A DNA stretch of 63,581 bases, the filler included, from Dugesia japonica (lineage: Eukaryota), in the NCBI GenBank assembly GCA_001938525.1. It is 6 parts of 6 records of this genome, joined end to end, with 100 filler letters (N's around TTAATTAATTAA, not from the genome) between each part and the next. Parts side by side here need not be neighbours in the genome. Positions count along the whole stretch, not along the records: positions 1 to 8,744 come from MQRL01604080.1; positions 8,845 to 20,192 come from MQRL01608225.1; 4 more parts are not named here. One strand, given 5' to 3'. Within the stretch, counting starts at the first letter, position 1, and every line of letters starts with the position of its first letter. A program made the translations under genes and the position numbers. Positions 1-12,789 of the stretch are shown here, in pieces. The notes below the pieces were generated by a model. It made no database searches and was not told the origin of the DNA. It saw only the letters and a list, made by a program, of their open reading frames with translations.

Positions 1-93
1 CAAAAAATCATAGCCCCAAAAATCATAGCCCCAAAAAATCATAGCCCCTAAAATCATAGCCCCAAAAATCATAGCCTTAAAAATCATAGCCCC
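1..93. repeat. Tandem array of six 15-16 bp units (AAAATCATAGCCCC)
   Basis: ATCATAGCC recurs at 7, 22, 38, 53, 68 and 83, followed by a GC-rich patch; probably the subterminal repeat of a DNA transposon. Confidence 0.85.
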
Positions 94-744
94 AGCGTAA
101 TGTGTTACCGAGCGCCCCCCTCCCCCGGGGAGCTCGCCCAGCGCTATGTGAGTGGGGCCTTTGCGCTTCTATCCCCTTACTGGTTCCTTTGAAAATGCTC
201 CACTCAATTTTATCTCTGAATTTTCTAATAAAAATATGAATTTTGTAGTGATTAGTTAAGTTAATTTTTTTTCTATGAACGCTATAATAATGAACTAAAA
301 AAATTTTAAGCAAATTAAGAAGATTTCATACGGTAACCTTTGAAGAAAATGAAATTTATTTTGAGTTATTCAAAAAAGAATAGATTTTCAATAAATTTTT
401 ATCGGTATTTAATGAAAACCATCGGAGGCAGTTTAAAAAATACAAGACCATGTTTTATGAAGATCCCGTTTATTACAATAAATATCAAATTAAATTAACT
501 ATTCTTAAAATTTATCATATTATTAAAAAAATATTCACATTGGTCTATTAATGGATACTAGATGGTTTATGAGCGACAAGTCACTCTGTGATCAAAGAAT
601 GCGCGTAGAAAAAATCATTTGCAGAATTTTGTTTTGAATTAAATTTTATTTATGGATCATTGTATTTTTACAAAAGAAAAGATAAAAATATACATATTTA
701 CCATCGATTTGGGATAAAAATTAGGTCTGTTAAAAGGTTTCTGA

Positions 745-1100
745 CTAACCACCCGACTATCCAAGAATACAACTTGTTTATTGCAGTCATTAGATCAAGG
801 GATAATTTCAACTTTTAAGAAACTGAACATCAAACGAACCTTAACATATATTTTAGAACAAATGAAAAATGATAAATCTAGCACCAATTATGGATTCTTG
901 TAAAAATATTACAATTTTAGATTGTGTTAAGCATGTTGGAGTGTCACATACCGAAATTAAGAAATCAACGCTCAATGCCTGCTGGAAAAACTTTAGGCCA
1001 GATGTAGTTAAAGGTGAGAATTTAAGATTACCATTGGAGCATGAATATTTTCAGATAACAAAGATGGTGCATACAATGGGATAAGGTTTCGAGGATTTTG
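745..1100 (+). pseudogene. pogo/Tigger DDE_1 transposase C-terminal fragment
   Basis: Reads NTTCLLQSLDQGIISTFKK (Tigger PNTTSxxQPxDQGII motif), then frameshifts into ...TILDCV...LNACWKN (ORF 869-1084). Confidence 0.75.
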
Positions 1101-2267
1101 CCGATAGGCTTTCAATACGTAAAAATCAAAGAGCTTTGATAATAATTTTTTTAAAAGATTAGAAATTAAAATAATTAGACAGCTGATTAGTTGAATGCCA
1201 AATAAAATTTAAACAAATTGAGTAATTTTAGAATTGAAATAATGCAACAGAATTTTAATTTTAAATACTTGTCTAATCAAACATTTTATCTAGTATTATA
1301 AAATAATTCAACATTAGTATTTTCCTGCAAATTTGACATGTATTTTGATATATCAAAAGATATTTAAGTTATAAATTATGCAGATTTACTTAATTAATAA
1401 ATTTGATTTAATACATCAGTTCATAAAGTTAGACTGAATTAACTAAAACCAGCGATATAAATTGATTCCATTTATTAAATATTACTAATATAAAGTGGTT
1501 TGTAATTTGAGAAATTGAAGCTTCAAGTTAACAATTATCACAAACACATTTTATTTAAAAATATATATATAATTTCCGAGAACTAGATTAGACATCATAG
1601 AAGCTTGAAATTGCTTTGATTAAATATTTTTAATATTAGCNNNNNNNNNNNNNNNNNNNNNNNNNNNNNNNNNNNNNNNNNNNNNNNNNNAATCAAACAT
1701 TTTATCTAGTATTATAAAATAATTCAACATTAGTATTTTCCTGCAAATTTGACATGTATTTTGAGAATATATCAAAAGATATTTAAGTTATAAATTATGT
1801 AGATTTACTTAATTAATAAATTTGATTTAATACATCAGTTCATAAAGTTAGACTGAATTAACTAAAACCAGCGATATAAATTGATTCCATTTATTAAATA
1901 TTACTAATATAAAGTGGTTTGTAATTTGAGAAATTGAAGCTTCAAGTTAACAATTATCACAAACACATTTTATTTAAAAATATATATATAATTTCCGAGA
2001 ACTAGATTAGACATCATAGAAGCTTGAAATTGCTTTGATTAAATATTTTTAATATTAGCAAAACAAATACAGTAAAATAAGAAAACTAACTTCGAAAATG
2101 TGGAAAATGTAAAAAATGAATACTTGATTTAGTTATCAAATAACAAAGTATGCGATATTTTTGAAGTTAAATCGAAATTAAGCAGAAATTTTTAACTAGG
2201 ATTTCAATATTTTAAAAAATATAATTTTGTATTAATATTATAAATAAAAGTATTATATTCTATCAAA

Positions 2268-2680
2268 ATGTCAAGTAATCAAGATATAATAGAAAAACGA
2301 CATGCCTTTACGGACTTTGAGGATAAATACATCGGCAAACTTCGACGGTAAGTGGCATGATTAGGCGCCATATTGAATTTTTTTAAATTTAAAGTTTTTG
2401 TATGTAATCANGCTGTTTAGTTATTTTATTTTATTATAATTATTAAATTGTGTTAAAATGATTTAGTAAAAAAAATTTCATTGCATGACTTCGTTATTTT
2501 CCATGAAAATTTCAACATAAACTTTTCCAGCTGATAACGTGGTATTCAAGGTCATACTTTGTATATAAAAATAATATCCCTAATAGCAACGAAAGGCGCA
2601 GAATGGAAAGTATAAACATTGGATTTGAAACTCTCAAGCAGCTTTTGCCAATGACTATAGATGGTGAAAAGTTAAGCAAA
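2268..2680 (+). CDS. TFAP4: TFAP4/AP-4 (cropped)-like bHLH transcription factor, first exons (2268-2347 and 2551-2680); remainder not found
   Basis: Exon reads NSNERRRMESINIGFETLKQLLPMTIDGEKLSK, matching the AP-4 basic/helix1/loop consensus (NSNERRRMQSINAGFQSLKTLIPHTDGEKLSK); GT donor at 2681. Upstream ATG exon ends at GTAAGT (2348) and joins in frame via the AG at 2549-2550. Confidence 0.8.
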
Positions 2681-4553
2681 GTAATTACATAATTTATGAT
2701 TTTATAATTCAAAATTCTATTATTGAAGCAATAATCATTATTATTTTTAATTATAAACTATTTGTTCTATGATTTACTTTATCAAACTTTATCAAAATTA
2801 GGATTTCTAATAACGTGGGCGTTTTTAACATTAAGAAATTTCAACAGTATTGAAAATAAAAATTTTTATTTCAGAGTATAAATTAATTTTTTTGCCATTT
2901 TTAATGAGTAAAATAAATCAATGTTTCTGATAGATTATTGAAAAGTTTTATTATTTGAAACGATTAAGTCAACCAGCGAGAAGTTATGATCTTGAGGTGA
3001 TTGAGAAACGAATTTATTATACAGTGGAATTTCTGAGAATTCTTTGTTATCCTGAAGAACAGAATCTTTATCAATTAATCCGAATTTAAGGTCATGATGC
3101 GTGCTCGAAGAGGATGAGCTAAACGATGTGGTGTAATCACGGACGGATCCTTGAATTTTTCAAAAGGGGACAATATTTTTATTTTAGTGAAAATTTAATT
3201 AATAAATCGTAAATCTTTATTTGCAAGTNNNNNNNNNNNNNNNNNNNNNNNNNNNNNNNNNNNNNNNNNNNNNNNNNNCAAAAGAAATATTACACTTATA
3301 ATATACGTATATAACAATAACATTACTTACTATTGCAATCAGAACTAAAAAAATGTGTTTAATTATCTATCAATACAATAATAAACTGACACGAATCGTC
3401 AAATCACGCAATATTTACAAATCAATGAAATCACTGAACGTAACTCAACGAAAGTTGAGAACAGACTAATTGTGACGGAAACTTTTGAAAATAAAAAAGC
3501 TTCGACTTCAAATCAAACATTTGTTCATATTTCTCAGTAAGAGATTATTTTTAATTAAAAGTTTCCCAACGTTTATTGTTAAGATTCATAGTTGCATAGG
3601 GTTTGAGTACCAACCTTTTACACTGTTGGGTTTATGTGGTTTATGTTATNNNNNNNNNNNNNNNNNNNNNNNNNNNNNNNNNNNNNNNNNNNNNNNNNNG
3701 ACTAATTGTGACGGAAACTTTTGAAAATAAAAAAGCTTCGACTTCAAATCAAACATTTGTTCATATTTCTCAGGAAGAGATTATTTTTAATTAAAAGTTT
3801 CCCAACGTTTGTTGTTAAGATTCATAGTTGCATAGTGTTTGAGTACCAACCTTTTACACTGTTGGGTTTCCTGATCTTATATATTTATGTGGGTAGCTGT
3901 TATGTGTTGTTATATAGTTTTTGGTCAAAGAAATTAATACAGTGGTTCTCAAACTGTTCGCCGTGGCACCCTAGGTTGCTGTATCTGTGTCACAGGGTAG
4001 CCGTGACAATTGTCCAACATTAGAAATGTATAAAAGTAATAAATTCGAAGAACAAATAAAATTCTATTAACTCTTGTTCGCAATAATATAATTTTTGAAT
4101 AATATGATATAATTAACCCATAAGTCAAAAACTTCCATAATAATTTAACAATATTTTGATTAACGTTTAAAATTAAGTTTTTTGGTCCCATTTTGTTACA
4201 TTATAAAAATATTGATTTCCTTAAATACCGATAAAATTTTTTTGGATACAAAGAACAAAATCTTTGGTCCCGAAATGTTCACTTTATCCGGATTCTACTG
4301 TATATATAGTNNNNNNNNNNNNNNNNNNNNNNNNNNNNNNNNNNNNNNNNNNNNNNNNNNAAAACTTCCATAATAATTGGACAATATTTTGATTTACTTT
4401 TAAAATTAAGTTTTTTGGTCCCTTTTTGTTACATTACAAAAATATTGATTTCCTTAAATACAGATAATTTATTTTGGATACAAAGAAAAAAATCTTTGGT
4501 CCCGAAATGTTCACTTTATCCGGATTCTACTGTATATATAGTGATATATATTA

Positions 4554-4759
4554 CAATTATTGCGAGAATAATTGTTGGACGTAATCATTGATCGTTTTTT
4601 TAGAATTCATTTAAAATAAAAGCTTCGATCAAAATTTGTTTTTTGATCATAATTCTATATTTTGACTTTGTCTTAATATTTAATGTTTATTTGGTATTAA
4701 ATATTATAATCAGAAAAACGATCGATGGTTACGTCCAACAATTATTGTCGCAATCATTG
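4554..4759. mobile_element. Tc1/mariner-type MITE (~206 bp)
   Basis: ~48-bp imperfect TIRs (CAATTATTGCGAGAATAATTGTTGGACGTAA... / ...TTACGTCCAACAATTATTGTCGCAATCATTG), flanked by TA on both sides. Confidence 0.75.
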
Positions 4760-6091
4760 TAATTGTAAAAAACTGATATTTAGTGCTAATATAATATATT
4801 AAATTAAATGACTAAATAATTAAATGGAATGACAAATACTGTATGTCATCGGAATTAGTGTAAATTTTTAATTTATCTATTTTTATCAGTAACATTTGAA
4901 ATAATTACGTAAAAGTAGTTTTAATATTTCAAACAGCAAATAATAATCATAAAAAACGTAATAAGCAATAAATAAATTATGTAACAGTTGGATAATATAA
5001 TATAATTAAAAATTTTAATTGAAAAAATGCATTTTGAATTTTCTATCGAAAATATAAAAGTATGCGCCCACTGATTTATTTTATAATTTTGTTGGGCTGG
5101 AACACCAAAAATTACTCGAGTTAATAAAGGAATAGAGAATAGCGAAAATGGCTGAAATGACAAAGAATNNNNNNNNNNNNNNNNNNNNNNNNNNNNNNNN
5201 NNNNNNNNNNNNNNNNNNNNATTATTATTATTGTTATTATTATTATGTAATTATTATTATTATAATTATTATGGCGTATTTTGAGAAATATCAAAAAAAT
5301 GAAAATTGGGCGTGTTACAATTTCAGTGTTACAAAAAACGAAAAGTATATTTAAAGAAAGGCAATGATAAATAGGATAATAAAAATAAAATACGATAATA
5401 TAATAATTTATTAACAAGGTCTCTATGACCCATTTTATTTATTATAATAATGGATATTATCCATTTAATATTATTAAGTAAATCGGTCCAGTCATCAGTC
5501 CTTGTCTGGTTGACGAAAAATAAAACGAAAATCATCAGCAGATTAGCTGATTCATCCTGAGTCAGACAAGTACTTTTCCTCAGCAACGAGAAAGTTCATC
5601 GAGGTCACATGAGGTGACTGTCGAACGTTCCAGAATCTGGAAAATACGAGTTGTGGTGCGCCGAATTCACTGCCCAGAGGAGGAAAATAGGCTCACTGAC
5701 AACAGAGTACCAGCCAATCAAATACCGGAGTTTGGAAATCCACAAATCAAATACCGCTAACGAGTCAGATCCAAGATTTTTGTGTTCCCTAACAATCATA
5801 AAACTAGGAGACGCAAAGGAAAATGATCACTCTTTACTTTCTTATTTCCAAATTTTAAGAATTGCAAATTAAGGAGAAGTGCTACCATTTTTGAAAATAT
5901 TAANTTTATTGTTTGCGTTGAAAATTTTATCTACCATAATCATTTTATTTGGAAAACTCTTTTGGATTCAAACAAGGAAACTTAAAAGTAATTTTTTTCT
6001 ATTTATGGTATTGATTTAAAACGTTGAGGTATAATTTAAATGAATTCCGAGTGTCCTAATCGAGTCGTGCTCCCAGAAAAAAAAACAAAAG

Positions 6092-6430
6092 AATTGAAGC
6101 AGAAATATTTGAAAAATTCATTGTGAAAATTGAGAAAAGTATTATGCAAAAATTGAAACAGAAATATTTGACAAATTCATTATAAGAATTGAGTAAAGAA
6201 TTATGTAAGAATTGAAGCAGAAATATTTGACAAATTCATTGTAAGAATTGCGAAGAGTACTATGCAAAAAATGAGGCAGAGATATGTGACAAATTAATTG
6301 TGAAAACTAAGAAAAGTATTATGCTAAAATTGAAGCAAAGATATTGGGCGAATGGGTGGTGAAAACTGAGAAAGTTATTAGTCCGAAAGTGAAACAGAGG
6401 TAGGACAAATAAATTGAGGAAGCTAAGAAT
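6092..6430. repeat. Minisatellite, ~59-bp period, ~6 copies degenerating rightwards
   Basis: AATTGAAGCAGAAATATTTG-like units start near 6092, 6151, 6210, 6269, 6328 and 6387. Confidence 0.8.
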
Positions 6431-6989
6431 TTAATGTGGCAAGGAGAATCAAAATATTTGGTGAATCGCTAGTGCAAATGAGGATGTTATCGTGGGGAAA
6501 TGAATCGAGTATATTTGAGGAGTAATGGTATGAGAGTCAGTTCGTCGACACGAATGGGAGCATGTTTGAAAACTAATCAAGGAAAAGGATAAAATTATTT
6601 TGGTGTGAATACTTTGTGTAACGTGTGTCTGGGAGCTCGATGGGTGTTTTCATGTTACCTATTGTTATCTTTTGATTTTGTTATGATTAACCGTTNNNNN
6701 NNNNNNNNNNNNNNNNNNNNNNNNNNNNNNNNNNNNNNNNNNNNNGGGAGCTCGATGGGTGTTTTCATGTTACCTATTGTTATCTTTTGATTTTGTTATG
6801 ATTAACCGTTTAATTGGATAAATATTATATTTTCATATGTTTACTGGGTTTATATTGTTTTATTTTCTTTTCCATAGATTATAATTTATAATTTAAATAC
6901 TGAAGAATTAATAATAACTAATGAACAATCTATATAGTTAGGTAATCGGAATTTTATNTACGTACTCCAATGAAATATTCTGGTAATGA

Positions 6990-8630
6990 TTATCGTGTAT
7001 AAAATTAAGGATATCTTTTCAGAATTCCGGACGGTGGAGGACGAGGAAAGATGGTGGTCTACGATTGTCATCTTCTCTGGTCCGTCACTTAGGCATGAGG
7101 ACGAAGCCATGATAGGCCGCAGGCCGAAGAAACGGCGGTGTTTTAAGTAGTTAAAATATTTTTTTGTTGTTTGTCTTCGATTGGCTATGTGAAATATATT
7201 TAATATCAATGATAGAAAACCAATTAATTAATTCATTTTTAACAGAATTATGACCAAGTATTTCGAGCCGCATATTCCGTTGGTACTGGCCAATGACGGG
7301 GACGAAGGGACCTTTTGGATCCCATGGAGGAACACCGTGGAATTACTTGACAAACATAAGAAACTTTACGAGACAGATAAACAGTCANTGAAGGCCAGAC
7401 AACGAGAACTATTGAGACAGAATCTGGAATTGAGGCACCAGTTAGAAACGGCCCGTGTCGAAAATGAAAAACTCAAACTCCAGGTGTCACAATGGCAATT
7501 AGAATTTCAGGCAACAGCGCGGGATATTGCCATAGCCACGCAACAGCAGATGGAACATCGACACGTGGTGGAGAAAATTGAAGAGAGGGTGTTACGGCAA
7601 TTGTTGGACGACAGTGGGGTCACGGCTGAGGTTCGAGACCCAGTGATCGTCAAAGTAGAGTCGATAAGTTAATAAATGTATTAATGTGTTCAAGAGTCGG
7701 AATTGTTTGTTAAAATACTAATCGTGATATGTATGTCACATTATGGTCTGCATTTATTTTGGGGTCATAGGTTTAAACGATATTAGTTAATCGTTATTTT
7801 CTTTCTTAGTAAAAGTACAATTGAGGAGTGAATTTTTATTACGTTAGTTTTTTTTTCGATCTAGGTCTTCGGATGGAATTTTTAATTGNAATGATTGCTC
7901 CCTGTTATTAGTTTTATTCACACCTATATTAATTGAAACTAGTTTTATTTAATTATCTCTTAATTTTAGTGAACAAATCGAGTGAGGAGATGATGCCAAA
8001 AAGAGAGGTGGTACTATTACAAAGGAAGTGGAAGGATGATCGGCGAGAGTTATGAAATGAGATTTTAAGTTTAAAAGGCCAGTTAAATAAAGCCTCATCC
8101 AAGTTTGCACAATTTAAAGAGAAGGAGATGGCTCTTCAACAGGCCAATCGACTCATGGCCGATGTAATTAAGATCTATGCAGATCGTGAGGCCACCATGT
8201 TCCTCACGTTGCGGACGTTGTAGTTAAATTATCGGTCCTCTGCAGAATCAACCGAAACCATGGAGCAGACCGTGGATCTGGATGCCTAACCACCAACGAG
8301 GTCATGTACATATAAAAATAAATATTAATGCCTGTGTCTAGCATACCTTGATTTTCGTTGAATTTTATTTGTGACAGTAGAACTATAATAGCCACCTTTT
8401 ACTGAGCATAAAGAGAATCATTGCTGTCCGGGTTAAAATATTTAATGAGTAAGACGCGATACCGCAAAGTCGCGCTGGACCCGAGGTAAAGGGGCATGTC
8501 ACAGAGGTGACATAAACGCTTGTGGTTTTTAGGTATGCCCCTAGACAGATAAATGAGTTGTTGATTATTAAAAGCGAGATCCGCGAAATTCGATGAGAAA
8601 GTTTAAAACACCAAATCCTAAAAACCCAAC
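6990..8630 (+). other. Unclassified repeated cassette, copy 1: coiled-coil ORF1 (7250-7672), degraded ORF2 (~7990-8290), structured motif (8451-8549)
   Basis: ORF2 KEKEMALQQANRLMADVIKIYADR matches KERDLALSQTCRAMADIIKTYMDR at 11165-11479; TTAACAG|AAT acceptor shared with copy 2; downstream motif shared with copies 2 and 3. Confidence 0.6.
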
Positions 8631-8744
8631 AATTTTAAATAGTTTCAGATAATCTTTGTTTTTGTGTAATATTTATATTTTCGAAGATTCACAATTATAA
8701 TGCAAACAAATTATAGTTGTAAATTCGGTTTACTAAAAACATTT

Positions 8745-8844
8745 NNNNNNNNNNNNNNNNNNNNNNNNNNNNNNNNNNNNNNNNNNNNTTAATTAATTAA
8801 NNNNNNNNNNNNNNNNNNNNNNNNNNNNNNNNNNNNNNNNNNNN
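8745..8844. other. Artificial contig linker N-TTAATTAATTAA-N (also ~20237, 32385, 41432, 52931)
   Basis: Identical 12-mer with stop codons in all six frames, embedded in N runs, five times. Confidence 0.95.
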
Positions 8845-10119
8845 TTATAAAATTTTTACAAGTTTTAGAAAATTATTATATTTTAAGAAAAATATTATTA
8901 TTTATAATGAACAAGAAGAAATTATGACAGGAAATTTATATGTAGACGATAATCTGATGATTTTATGTAAGAATTTAGGATTGATATCTTTATATTTGTA
9001 TGTGATTGTGGAGTTATCGTTATTTCTAAAACCCTTACAAGTTTCAGAAAATTATTATTTTTTAAGAAAAATATTATTTTTTAAGCCTCTCCCCTTGAGG
9101 AAAAAATAGAACATCTGTGAGCACATAGTCCGCTACAGAATTAACAAAAAATAAAAATAATCACGCCCATATTTGGACATTTATGTGGAAGCTACGAGTG
9201 AGCAGCGTACGATTTCTTGCATTAGCAGAAATCTGAAGTGGACGCCAACTGTATCTGTCAAAATTTGACGATACAGTGAGGTATAAAAGAAAATCAAAAT
9301 CAGTAGAAAATCGATCTTAAAAATTCAGTTTTTCTGGAGCTCTTATTAGTCGATTAAACTGAACTTTTAAGTAGCATTTGTTATTTCCAACGGAAAAGCA
9401 AAAGTATAAACGGAAAAATTCTAAACGGAAAGCAAAGAAGTAAATATTTTAATTTATTTATAAAATTATCATGANNNNNNNNNNNNNNNNNNNNNNNNNN
9501 NNNNNNNNNNNNNNNNNNNNNNNNNNNNNNNNNNNNNNNNNNNNNNNNNNNNNNNNNNNNNNNNNNNNNNNNNNNNNCCATGAATTTTTACACTGTGAAT
9601 ATTGTTAGGATGATTATGATAAAGTTAAACTTCGCATTATGAAATGATTTTAATGAATATAGTGAGATATGATGATGATGATGAGAGAGGTGTTAATAAC
9701 GAGATTTGACTATGAGTCTTAGAGAGATGCTACTAAAGAAAGATGATAATGAATATGATGTTAACGATTATAAAGACATGTGATAATTATTACGAGAGAA
9801 ACGCACTAGCGTGTATGAGATGGATTGCTATAGTACAGAGGCGATGAATATATACAAAATATCGATGATTGAAATCGAAATAAATGTATTGGGTGTTACA
9901 CGATGACCAGAATAAAATAGTGGCGGTAGAATACTTATACTTAATTTTTATGGTGGGAGTGTAATTGTCATTTTGAAAATATCACGTCAATTTTAGAAGA
10001 TGAATTTTAGTTTTTGATTTATTGTTTTATTATTAATGGTTCATAATAATTTATATGATAATNTAATAGTTAATTAATAATATTAAAATAACATCATTAC
10101 ATTTAGAAATTTAATATAA

Positions 10120-11830
10120 TAGTGTAGCTAACAGGAGGATCGATAATCACCTGGAGGAAGTTGGCTACTCACAGACAAAACAGTTTGCCTAAAAAAAATA
10201 TTATCTTCAAGATGCCTGGACAGTAAAATGATGAGAACTGCTAAATAGTAAGCCAGCTCCGTGCGGCATGATGAGCGATCGATAGCATGTTATTCAAAGA
10301 TCTGGTATCTGATGGGTACTATTTTATTAATGCAATAACAATTATTGAATTATATACTTGATATAATTATAATCACGACACAATACTATTATTTAACAGA
10401 ATGATACGGAAAATTATGCAAGCAGATGCCAACAAATGTTTAACAGAGGGATGGTCCTTCTCGACGAACGTGATAAACACCATGTCAGATATGTGAAACT
10501 CCCTTGGAGAATTTGGAACAGATAAAGACCCATGGTGGATTGTTCAGGACCGTATTCATCAAAAAGATATTCAATTGATAATTATGAAAGAGCAAATCAA
10601 CCAGCAGGAGGAAACTCTTCCACAAAATAAATAACATTGGAGCAGCTTCACCAAATAGTAGAACAACAAGAACAGGATTACAATAAACGGTTACTTGAGG
10701 TAACTAAATGGCAGCAGGAGCGCGAAAAAGAATTGGTCTCTTTACTGATTCGGACAACAGNNNNNNNNNNNCAACAGCAACATTTGATTCGAACAATGCG
10801 GACAACATAAACCGAGGCCGAAGAGTTTACAAAGCTGACAGAAAGGTTATTGACCCGAGTGGAAACGACCTTATAGAAAATTCTTGCACCGTTGGATGAA
10901 ATTGACAATGTGTGAATAACCGAAGTTTAATCTAAATACAATATAGTTTTAGTTTGATCATTGTTTTGTCTTTGATTTTCATTCATATTTGACAACAGCA
11001 TTATAAATAAATGAAGCNATTAGAAAGATTTAAAGATAAATTCAGTACCAAATTACATTGATTTCGACTTCTAAAAAATATTGTTAAATAATATGATGAA
11101 TAATTTTACATTTGCAAAAATAGTTGAATATAGATAATTAAAATTATAAAATATTACATATCAATTGATTACAGTGACGGATCCAAGGAAACTCACTGAT
11201 ACCTCAATGACAGACAACAGAGTAAAATGGTTCTCCATACAGAAGAATTTAAAGAGTGAGATCACGGATCAGCAACAAAGGAATGCACAACTCAGAAGCA
11301 AAGTTGATAAGATGAAAGAAAGAGATCTGGCGCTATCACAAACATGCCGAGCCATGGCAGATATTATTAAGACCTACATGGATCGGGCAGGAACACTGAT
11401 TTCCACAGATCGTACTCTTACCCAGGTGTCAAGACCAACCAAGGAGATCCAAAAAGAAATCATTAATATGGATGAGTAANNNNNNNNNNNNNNNNNNNNN
11501 NNNNNNNNNNNNNNNNNNNNNNNNNNNNNAGTTTCTTTGCAAATTGTTTAATTGGAAGGTTTATTGTTAATAACAACAAATATCATCAATAGATTGAGAG
11601 CCGCATTAAATAGAAATTGCATATCTAAGATGGGGTACAGCATAGTCCCACTGAATCCAGGAAAAGAAGGATCGGGTTACTAGAAAGAGTAGCACAAATT
11701 TCTGTGGTTGCTAGGTGTCATACCCTCAGACAGAAAAGATATGCCGGAGAAGTAATTATGATCAAGAGATTAAAAATAAAGAACACTAAAATCAAATATT
11801 AAAACAACATCAAAAGCCTAGCAACTCAAT
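10120..11830 (+). other. Unclassified repeated cassette, copy 2: degraded ORF1 (~10400-10915), ORF2 (11165-11479), structured motif (11627-11734)
   Basis: Same ORF order, peptide similarity and downstream motif as 6990-8630 and 26030-27370. Confidence 0.6.
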
Positions 11831-12789
11831 AATTGGACGATTTTTATGACAAGGTAGCATCAGTAAACACTGATGCAATCATGGAAAGTATTTTATCGTG
11901 GAGATGACCTCTAAAAGTTCATCGAACGATGTGATTTATATTTCGATACAAAAATCATCACACAGAGAGGTGAACAAGGAAGGTTTGTTTCCTGTATGGT
12001 TGATGAGAATCTCTTGGAAATATGTACAAAGACTAAAGAAACTCGAGGGATTTGAAGCTCTTCTGCTTTTTGAAAATAAACTAGATGTAATTTAAGATTT
12101 CCAGTCGTATTGGCAAAAATGTTGAGACATAGTTTTAAAATAGTAGAAAACTTAGTAAAAAGATTTTTCTTTTCTCTTACGAGAAAGAGGGTTAGAGTAA
12201 GTATTGTTAGTCTGCACAAAAAGTAAATAATTGGAAGAAGTAATTTTGAAAAATCAGAAACCATATAAATCTATCAGTTCAAGGAACTAAGAGAATAAGT
12301 CAAAGTAGCTAAAAACTATGCGAATATAATATAATGTAATAATATAATATAACAAAAAGTTGCAAATAATAATCAATGAAGACATGCATGACAAGACATA
12401 AAAAAGAAAGTTTTAGGGTGTTGGTCGGGCCATAAATTAAGTCATAACAGGAGATATTTTCCAATAAAATAAAAGAAATGGTATAATGTTGGACTAGTTA
12501 TTAGAAGGTTATGCAGGAGATGAGGTGTAAACGATATTAAAATGGTGGACATATGCAGAAGAGTGAAAAGAATGAAAAGAACAAACCTTAAATTTGTAAC
12601 TGTTGGAGGACCAGGAAAACAATAAATTCGATACATTTGCGGATCGTTACAAAATAAATAAAATTCAAATATATAAATTCAAAGGCAAATTTTAGAATAT
12701 AAATTTCCGAAGGCAACATCTATACATATGTGAAATTGTTTAAATGAATTATTTAAAAGAAATGCTTCTAAGGTTTTAAAATATTTTTA

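Noticed and set aside
1275-6810. Near-identical direct duplications (1275-1640/1691-2059, 3465-3630/3700-3868, 4128-4310/4361-4542, 6631-6695/6746-6810)
   Set aside because: Each pair straddles a ~50-N gap: unmerged contig overlaps or allelic haplotypes, not LTRs or real tandem duplications
8789-8800. Palindromic TTAATTAATTAA recurring five times
   Set aside because: Always embedded in N runs and has stops in all frames: an artificial contig spacer
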